Assembly (NCBI GenBank): GCA_047651235.1
Contig: CP178758.1
Location: 3,570,001 to 3,602,000, forward strand
Length of the DNA: 32,000 bases
Direction: 5' to 3'
Source of the DNA: Candidatus Electrothrix yaqonensis
GTDB lineage: Bacteria; Desulfobacterota; Desulfobulbia; Desulfobulbales; Desulfobulbaceae
The translations under genes were made by a program, and so were the position numbers. This document shows positions 25,530 through 32,000 of the stretch, piece after piece; positions within the stretch are counted from its first letter, which is position 1, and every line of letters starts with the position of its first letter. The notes beneath the pieces were generated by a model. The model saw only the letters and a list, made by a program, of their open reading frames with translations. It ran no database searches and was not told the origin of the DNA.

Positions 25530-26927
25530 TTATATCATGTTTGATTTACGCTCCAGCCGAGCCGCAAAAAAGCCTTCAATCTCTTCTGTGGGCAGCGGAG
25601 CAAAAAAGCCGTCCGCATTTACCAAGAAAGCAGCGCTGTCCGGCAGGAAAGCACGGCAGTCGGTCAGCTCAAAGGCATCGGCGGCCGCGAGAAACTGTTC
25701 AACCACCTGCTGATTTTCCTCCGGCTCAAGCGAACAGGTGGCATAGACCAGCACTCCGCCCGGTTTGACCAAGGCCGCCGCAGTCCGCAGCAGGGCAAGC
25801 TGCTTTTCCTGATAGCCTGTAAAATCTTCCGACAGCCGGTTCCAGCGGATATCAGGATGCCTGCGGATAACCCCGGTGCCGGAACAGGGTGCATCAATCA
25901 GGATGCCGTCAAAAAGGCGATCTTCTATACGATCTTCTGCAGCAGTGAAGGCCTGCAGCTCCTGCTGGATGACAGTAATCTGTTTATCGAGCTGCTGCCG
26001 CTGCAGATTTTCCTGCAGCAACCGGAATCTGCGCTGCTCCGGCTCCACAGCGTACAACGACGCCTCTTCAGGCAGAAGCGCAGCAAGGGCGCAGGTTTTG
26101 CCGCCCAGTCCGGCACAGCCGTCAAGATACCGGCCTTGCGGCTTCAACGGGCCCAGGAGAGAGCAGGCCAGTCGGGCTGCCTGATCCTGTACTTGAAATA
26201 ACCCGTCGGCAAAACCGGACAGGTTGGTTACCGCGCCCCGCTGCCCGTGAACGAGCAGGCTGTCCGGAGCATATCTGCCCGGAGTGGTTGTGATCTCCTG
26301 TTCCGCAAACAGAGCTGCGATCTGTTCCCTGGTCGTCCTGGCCGGGTTGATCTGCAGGCAAAGTTCCGGTTCCAAGCTGTTGACTTGGCAGATCGCCCGC
26401 ATTTTTTCCTCACTGAAATGCTTTTGCCAGCGTTCCGTCAGCCAGGCAGGATGATTGAGCACCGGCGTGTTCTGCGGCCCTGCGCATTCCGGCTCCGGTA
26501 TCTTTTCCCGATTGCGGGCAATATTGCGCAGCGTTCCATTGACAAAACTGCACAGCCAGCCGGGCTGGCGCATTTTTTTCAACGCCTTGACCGTCTCATT
26601 GACTGCTGCCGAATCCGGAATGCGTTCCAGACAGCAGAGCTGCAGCACCCCGATCCGCAGGGCCACCAGGGTCAGCGGCTTCATTTTACCTAGTTTGGTT
26701 TTGGAAAATCGGCTGATAACAATATCAAGATATTCCTGGCCGCGCAACACTCCCATGACCAGCATTACAGCCAGCTGGCGGTCCTCGTTGTTCAGGCAGG
26801 AGTCATGAATAATCCTGTTGATAACCCCCTGCACTGGCTTTCCGCTGCCTGCCCACTGCACCAGGGTCTGCATGGCCAGACTGCGGGAGGAGGGGGATTT
26901 GGGGGATTCTTTTTTCTGCTGCTGCAT
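25530..26927 (-). CDS. rsmB: 16S rRNA (cytosine967-C5)-methyltransferase
   Basis: A NusB-like N-terminus, LDGCAGLGGKTCALAALL (SAM pocket), ILIDAPCSGTGVIRRHPDIRW and LVYATCSLEPEEN, which are the two catalytic-Cys motifs of the RsmB/Sun family. Confidence 0.9.
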   Translation of the reverse strand: MQQQKKESPKSPSSRSLAMQTLVQWAGSGKPVQGVINRIIHDSCLNNEDRQLAVMLVMGVLRGQEYLDIVISRFSKTKLGKMKPLTLVALRIGVLQLCCLERIPDSAAVNETVKALKKMRQPGWLCSFVNGTLRNIARNREKIPEPECAGPQNTPVLNHPAWLTERWQKHFSEEKMRAICQVNSLEPELCLQINPARTTREQIAALFAEQEITTTPGRYAPDSLLVHGQRGAVTNLSGFADGLFQVQDQAARLACSLLGPLKPQGRYLDGCAGLGGKTCALAALLPEEASLYAVEPEQRRFRLLQENLQRQQLDKQITVIQQELQAFTAAEDRIEDRLFDGILIDAPCSGTGVIRRHPDIRWNRLSEDFTGYQEKQLALLRTAAALVKPGGVLVYATCSLEPEENQQVVEQFLAAADAFELTDCRAFLPDSAAFLVNADGFFAPLPTEEIEGFFAARLERKSNMI

Positions 26928-28381
26928 CAGGTCTCCTTGGGCAGGTCTTTACTCGGTTGAACCCCGAACATCTTCAGTGCTTCCGCCCGGTCAATGAGAT
27001 TGCCCTTGCCCGTGCACAGCCGTTTCTCCGCAACCTGCCAGCTCTGCTGCGCCTGATCCAGCCGTTTGCCCACCTCGGTAAATGCCTCGACAAAACCGAC
27101 GAATTTATCATAGAGTTTTCCGGCTTCTTTGGCGATCAGCAGGCCGTTGCGGTTCTGTTCATCCATCCGCCAGAGATGGTGGATGGTGCGGAGCACGGCC
27201 AGCAGGGTGGAGGGGGAAGCAAGGATCACCCGGCGGCGCAGGGATCGGGTGAGCAGATCCGGCTGCCTGCTCACAGCCGCCTGAAACGCTCCTTCCACCG
27301 GAATGAAGAGCAGGACAAAATCCAGGCTGGTCAGGTCAGGCAGGTACTGGTACTCTTTTTTGCTCAAGCCGTTGACATGCTGCTGAATCGAGGCGATGTG
27401 TCTGCGCAGATGCTGTTCCTGCTCTTTTGCATCTTCAGTCCGGCCTGCCTCGACATAGCTGTTCAGGGACATCTTGGCATCAATCACTACTGCCCGGTTT
27501 TCCGGGAGGAAGACAATGACGTCCGGCTGCTTGAGCCGTCCCTGATCGTCACGCAGAGATGCCTGAGCGACAAACTCACTGCCCGGGCGCAGACCGGATT
27601 CCTCCAGCAGCCGTTCCAGCACCATTTCTCCCCACTGGCCCTGGAGTTTGTTGGTGCCCTGCAGAGCCCTAGTCAGGTCCACGGCTTCCCGGCTGATCCG
27701 ATCGTTGAGTTGCTTGAGATGCTCAATTTCCTTGACCAGGGAGAGCCTGTCCCGCGATTCCCGCTCATAGACATCCTCCACCTTGCTGCGGAAGGCATGC
27801 AGCTGTTCCCGGACCGGCAGCAGCAGATTTTCCAGACCTCCGGCGTGCTGCTCCTGCAACACCCGGCCCTGCTCCGCCAGCACTCTGCGGGAGAGATTCT
27901 GAAAATCCTCCTCCATCTGTTCCCTGCTCTTGGTCAGGAACTGCTGCCGTTCACCGGCAATGGCCCTAGTTTCGTGGAGAAAGGCCTCCAGACCGATGTT
28001 ATCCCGTTCCAGCTCCCCCTTCTGTTGGCGGAGGGTATCGCGTTCACTGCGCAGCCGGTCAACTTCCTGGGCAGTTTGCCGGGTAGCCTGTTCTGCCTGC
28101 TCCAGCCGCAGGGAAAGCTGCAGGCTGGTACGCTGGCCCCGGTTGGCGAGCCAGAGCAGCAGAGAGACCATGCCCACTGCACTCAAAAAGAACCCGATGA
28201 GCAGGGATGGAATGTGCAGCTGACCGATCAGATTAGCCAAGGTATCTGCAGGCAAGAATTTCCTCCGCAGGCGCCTCTTTTCCCGCCGCCGGACGGCAAA
28301 AATATGGGAAATATGGTAGAGAGCATGTTTGTTTTTCGTGGATGAAAGAGTTTTCCGTATGTCATACCGCACCTGCGGCAC
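26927..28381 (-). CDS. rmuC: DNA recombination protein RmuC
   Basis: An N-terminal hydrophobic helix and a long coiled coil, then GQWGEMVLERLLEESGL..PDVIVFLPENRAVVIDAKMSL..FVLLFIPVEGAF. The stop overlaps the rsmB start (TGATG). The true start is probably downstream of 28381. Confidence 0.85.
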   Translation of the reverse strand: MPQVRYDIRKTLSSTKNKHALYHISHIFAVRRREKRRLRRKFLPADTLANLIGQLHIPSLLIGFFLSAVGMVSLLLWLANRGQRTSLQLSLRLEQAEQATRQTAQEVDRLRSERDTLRQQKGELERDNIGLEAFLHETRAIAGERQQFLTKSREQMEEDFQNLSRRVLAEQGRVLQEQHAGGLENLLLPVREQLHAFRSKVEDVYERESRDRLSLVKEIEHLKQLNDRISREAVDLTRALQGTNKLQGQWGEMVLERLLEESGLRPGSEFVAQASLRDDQGRLKQPDVIVFLPENRAVVIDAKMSLNSYVEAGRTEDAKEQEQHLRRHIASIQQHVNGLSKKEYQYLPDLTSLDFVLLFIPVEGAFQAAVSRQPDLLTRSLRRRVILASPSTLLAVLRTIHHLWRMDEQNRNGLLIAKEAGKLYDKFVGFVEAFTEVGKRLDQAQQSWQVAEKRLCTGKGNLIDRAEALKMFGVQPSKDLPKET

Positions 28382-28663
28382 GAGGAAAAGGGAAAAATAG
28401 GGTGTGATACAGAACCGGCTGAACCGTATTGGAATTGTGAAAGCCGACGTAGCCGGGAGTCGTGTTGGATGGCAGAAGAGTTATCGTCCTCAGTATCCGT
28501 ACCTGCAGTACACCTCTCTATGCTCCGTCAATGCGCGGTTTGATTTTGGGGTGTGATACCGACATCACTACTTTTCCTTCTGATACCGACAAATTCTTGT
28601 TTACTTCTTCGGCTTTGCATGTTTTATATAACTATGCTGTATAACAATCTGCGTTGACTCATA

Positions 28664-28966
28664 ATGTGGGGAACACAGCGGGGAGAACAAACAGCAAAGA
28701 TATATCGAGGAAGAAATAACAGGAGGTCGGTGGATTCAGCTTTCGGCTTCTCAAGCCAAAAAACAAACAATAACGGAAAATCTAAATTAGGCAGACCGCA
28801 AAAGGAGGCAGCTTTTAAAAAAGCTATCGAGATAACAACAGCACTTGCTTCAAGTGGAGCTATTGAACAAAAACATCAAAGTGCTATGAGTCCAGCGAAA
28901 GTATTGACGGATGTACTTGAAGAAACATACAAAAAAATATTAGAACTTTATGAGCAAATTATATAG
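28664..28966 (+). CDS. Doubtful small ORF
   Basis: A 100-aa AT-rich ORF in the rmuC/kinase intergenic region, with no recognisable motif or ribosome-binding site. Confidence 0.25.
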   Translation: MWGTQRGEQTAKIYRGRNNRRSVDSAFGFSSQKTNNNGKSKLGRPQKEAAFKKAIEITTALASSGAIEQKHQSAMSPAKVLTDVLEETYKKILELYEQII

Positions 28967-29027
28967 CCTTCTCCCTGTTTGCCATTCGTAAAACAAACAG
29001 CCTCGACACCACAGCCCGTGCCTTTTA

Positions 29028-31397
29028 TCACAGCGCTGAAGCAATCGCTCTGTTCAGTTCCCGCAGGGTAAAGGGCTTGGCCACGGCAGCGCGGAACCCG
29101 TATTCTCTGTACTCGGCCATCACCGGATCATTGGAATAGCCGCTGGCCACGATGAGTCTGGCCTTCGGATTAAGCTGAAGAATTTTCCGGGCCGCCTCCT
29201 TTCCCCCCATCCCGCCGGGAACAGTCAGATCCAGGATCACCAGGTCAACCGGCGTTTCCTTTTCCTCCATTTTCCGGTACATGCTGATCGCCTCGGCACC
29301 ATCCTGCGCCAGAAGAGGTTCATGACCCAACGCGCTCAGCTGGGCCTGGGCCAGGGTACGGATCATCGGATCATCATCCATCACCAGCACCCTTGTTGAG
29401 AGAACAGCTTCCTCTGAAACCGGCAGCTCCGTGTCCGTCTCATCGGCAGGAGAAAGTGCGGGAAGGTAAATGGAAAAGACCGTTCCCTGGCCCGGCTCTG
29501 AGTGGACTGTGATATGCCCGTCGTGCTTCTTGACAATTGAATGGCAGATAGCCAGGCCCAGCCCGTTGCCCTTTGCTTTGGTGGTAAAATACGGATCAAA
29601 TATGCTGTCCAGAATATCACGGGGAATACCGGAACCCGTATCCTCAATTGTAATCAGGACATAATTTCCCCCGTACTGTTTCAGCAGCAGACCGGATCCC
29701 AAGTCCTCAACATTGGAGCACTGCACGGTGATCCTGCCGCCGTCGGGCATGGCATCCTTTGCATTCAGAATAATATTCTGAATTACCTGACTGATCTGGC
29801 CGCTGTCCGCATGGATCATCCAGAGGTCCTCGGCAAAAGAATAGGCGCAGGACACCGGCGATCCATGCAGGACAAACTGTGCTGATTCCCGGATCAGCTC
29901 CGGCAGCGACATTTTCTCCCTGACCGGTTCACCACCTTTGGAAAAAGTCAGGAGCTGGCAGGTCAGACCGGTCGCCCGTTCGGTTGCCTTCTGGGCATCA
30001 GAAAGCAGGGAGAGAACCGGATTTCCCCCTTCATCGCCGGAAGAGGCTGAAGAGGTGAGTTCGGCTGCGGCAAGTTCAATATTGCCGAGAATTGCTGAAA
30101 GCAGATTATTGAAATCATGCGCTATGCCTCCGGCAAGAACCCCGACGGACTCCAGTTTCCGTATCTTGGCCTGCTCCTTTTCCATTTCTTTTTCCCAAGT
30201 GATATCCCGGAAGATAATAACAGCACCGATCACTCTGTTTTCCCGATCCCGGATAGGCGCTCCGCTGTCGGCAATATTCAGCTTTCTCCCGTCGCTGTGC
30301 AGCAGAACAGTATTCCCGGTACCGTCAAACCTTCTGCCAGACTGCAGGATCATGGCAACCGGGCTCGGTATTTTCTCACCGCTTTCTTCATCAAAAATCC
30401 TGAGCAGTTCATCAGCTGGCCTGCCGACCGCTTCCGCATTATTCCAGCCTGTCAACTGTTCCGCAGCTCTGTTGATGAAAATGATTTTTCCCTGCACATC
30501 AGTACTGATTACTCCGTCGGCGATGGACTGGAGCATGACCCCGAGCCGTTCCCGTTCTTCTTCAGCCTGCTGCTTTGCCCGCTTCAGGGCAGTAATATTC
30601 CTGCAGATCCCTATAACGCCCATCAGTTTGCCGTCAGGGCAGATGTAGGGAGTTTTCCGGATATCAAAAAACAGTTCACCGTCATCGGGAGTAACAAACA
30701 GCTCCTCTATCCGTGCGGACATACCGGACACGAGAACGTCCTGGTCTCCATACCTGAAAGAACCAGCTATTTCACTTGAAAAAACAGCGGCATCAGTTTT
30801 GCCGACAATCTCCTCTTCCCGCCTGCCGGACAGCGTTTCAAACGCCCGGTTACAGCCGATGTAAGTATTATCCACATCTTTAAAATAAATCGGATCAGGA
30901 ATGGAATTGATCAGGGCCTCAAGCATATTTTTCTGCTGCAGCAGCTCCTCCCTGGTTTCCCTGAGCCTGAGTGCCTTTTTCCGCAGCGTAATATGGGTAT
31001 TGATCCGGGCCAGCACCTCAATCTGCTGAAAAGGCTTGGTGATATAATCGACCCCGCCGGCCTCAAAACCCGCGACCTTATCCTCCACTGTATCAAGCGC
31101 GGTCATAAAGATGACAGGAATATCGGCAAGCCGGTTATCCTGCCGGATCCTCCGGCAGGTTTCCAGCCCGTCCATCTCCGGCATCACCACATCCAGCAGG
31201 ATGAGATCCGGAACAACCTTCTGCAGGATATCCAGAGCCTGTACGCCGTTCTGCGCAACACGAATCCCGAAATCCTGCTCCTGCAGAAACGAAAACAGGA
31301 TTTCCAGATTCACCGCCTGATCATCAACGATCAGAATAATACCTTTTTCTTTTCGCTTCTTCTGACGACTCATATAAATGTATTCTACATTCAACAT
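29028..31397 (-). CDS. Hybrid sensor histidine kinase/response regulator (REC-PAS-PAS-HisKA-HATPase-REC)
   Basis: The N-terminal receiver reads ILIVDDQAVNLE..LILLDVVMPEMDG. Two PAS-like blocks follow. The phospho-acceptor box is HDFNNLLSAILGNIELA and the G2 box is GNGLGLAICHSIVKKHDGHITVHSEPGQGTVFSIYLP. The C-terminal receiver reads VLVMDDDPMIR..LVILDLTVPGGMGG. The start may be the second Met at 31373. Confidence 0.9.
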   Translation of the reverse strand: MLNVEYIYMSRQKKRKEKGIILIVDDQAVNLEILFSFLQEQDFGIRVAQNGVQALDILQKVVPDLILLDVVMPEMDGLETCRRIRQDNRLADIPVIFMTALDTVEDKVAGFEAGGVDYITKPFQQIEVLARINTHITLRKKALRLRETREELLQQKNMLEALINSIPDPIYFKDVDNTYIGCNRAFETLSGRREEEIVGKTDAAVFSSEIAGSFRYGDQDVLVSGMSARIEELFVTPDDGELFFDIRKTPYICPDGKLMGVIGICRNITALKRAKQQAEEERERLGVMLQSIADGVISTDVQGKIIFINRAAEQLTGWNNAEAVGRPADELLRIFDEESGEKIPSPVAMILQSGRRFDGTGNTVLLHSDGRKLNIADSGAPIRDRENRVIGAVIIFRDITWEKEMEKEQAKIRKLESVGVLAGGIAHDFNNLLSAILGNIELAAAELTSSASSGDEGGNPVLSLLSDAQKATERATGLTCQLLTFSKGGEPVREKMSLPELIRESAQFVLHGSPVSCAYSFAEDLWMIHADSGQISQVIQNIILNAKDAMPDGGRITVQCSNVEDLGSGLLLKQYGGNYVLITIEDTGSGIPRDILDSIFDPYFTTKAKGNGLGLAICHSIVKKHDGHITVHSEPGQGTVFSIYLPALSPADETDTELPVSEEAVLSTRVLVMDDDPMIRTLAQAQLSALGHEPLLAQDGAEAISMYRKMEEKETPVDLVILDLTVPGGMGGKEAARKILQLNPKARLIVASGYSNDPVMAEYREYGFRAAVAKPFTLRELNRAIASAL

Positions 31398-31882
31398 TGA
31401 TTGACCGGCCCAACGATCAGGAGCAGCCGCATTGTCCGGCAGCAGGGAAACCGCACTGCCCGGTGTTTTTTTCAGAGCGTCTCTTTACAGCTTTACCAGC
31501 TTTACAGAGAAGACGCAGGAAAAATCTCTGTGGCTGCAGCACGCAAATATCCAACAACTGTATCCTATCAGAATCAGGCATGACAAGTCAAACAGGGATT
31601 TTGCTCTGATATCGAGCTGTTCTTCCTCTGCTGCCGGGCCAGACAGGCATGATGTTCTTCTGAAGTTCGTTGTCATGCAGGCCGTTCTATGGTACTTTTA
31701 CAGTTCTTCTTCCATGTTCAACGGAAGATACATTTCTTCATGTTTCATGAAATTCGCCCGCCCACACCCGGCACAGCAGAACCGACGGAACTGTACATTG
31801 TTTTTTCTTTCTCAACCTGTCGGGCAGAGCAAAAAATATTTACGATAAAGCAAAACAGGAAAGACAGGAGATCGGACAAATT

Positions 31883-32000
31883 ATGCGCTACTCACAGATG
31901 TTGCTCCCCACCACAAAAGAAATACCGGCCGAGGCTGAGGTCATCAGCCATCAGCTCCTGCTGCGGGCCGGTTTTATCCGCAAACTGACCTCCGGGTTGT
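31883..32000 (+). CDS. proS: Prolyl-tRNA synthetase, 5' end (runs off the window)
   Basis: An AGGAG ribosome-binding site lies 12 nt upstream. [39 protein letters not shown] closely parallels the E. coli ProRS N-terminus [39 protein letters not shown]. Confidence 0.85.
   Translation, partial: MRYSQMLLPTTKEIPAEAEVISHQLLLRAGFIRKLTSGL

Noticed and set aside
25541-31400. Antisense ORFs within rsmB, rmuC and the hybrid kinase (for example 26957..28345, 26247..26693, 29938..30648, 30117..30779)
   Set aside because: The minus-strand genes carry unambiguous family motifs, whereas the plus-strand translations are compositionally biased and show no motifs.
31436-31476. Terminator-like hairpin CCGGCAG..CTGCCCGG followed by T7 on the + strand
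   Set aside because: No + strand gene ends upstream of it, because it lies in the divergent region before the kinase start. On the minus strand the A-run precedes the stem. Its function is unclear, so I did not annotate it.
1-32000. CRISPR arrays, tRNA or rRNA genes
   Set aside because: I saw no regularly spaced short direct repeats and no cloverleaf-like or rRNA-like segments in the intergenic regions I inspected. The only recurrent repeats are the attC-like sites, the 37-bp hairpin and the 144-bp element.

Overview
The window has two parts. From 1 to about 19.1 kb the DNA is visibly AT-rich accessory sequence organised like an integron gene-cassette array. Six imperfect palindromes start at or just after stop codons, each bounded by ..AAC and GTT.. 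ends with bulged bases (five on +, one on -). No integron integrase lies in the window, so intI is either upstream of nt 1 or this is an integrase-less attC cluster. The cargo includes a type II restriction-modification pair. It also includes a translationally coupled pair of reverse transcriptases followed by a stem-closed, U-tailed candidate ncRNA. That layout recalls DRT type 3 (UG3+UG8+ncRNA), and the second RT carries one in-frame TAA. Further cargo: three single-gene cassettes (one a membrane-anchored LMW-phosphatase fold lacking both catalytic residues), a secreted GH31-CBM20 glycosidase, and a 1150-aa/566-aa gene pair of unknown function. A 144-bp element with perfect 16-bp terminal inverted repeats occurs three times, each directly upstream of a + strand gene. 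The junction at about 19.1-19.8 kb holds decayed remnants: a frameshifted BrnT-like toxin gene and a roughly 55-codon 3' fragment of aspS. From about 19.8 kb to 32 kb the sequence is more GC-rich and chromosomal. It carries a four-gene minus-strand operon of unknown function (157, 1028, 567 and 106 aa), then rsmB, rmuC, a REC-PAS-HisKA-HATPase-REC hybrid kinase and the 5' end of proS. All family assignments rest on motifs read by eye; no searches were run.
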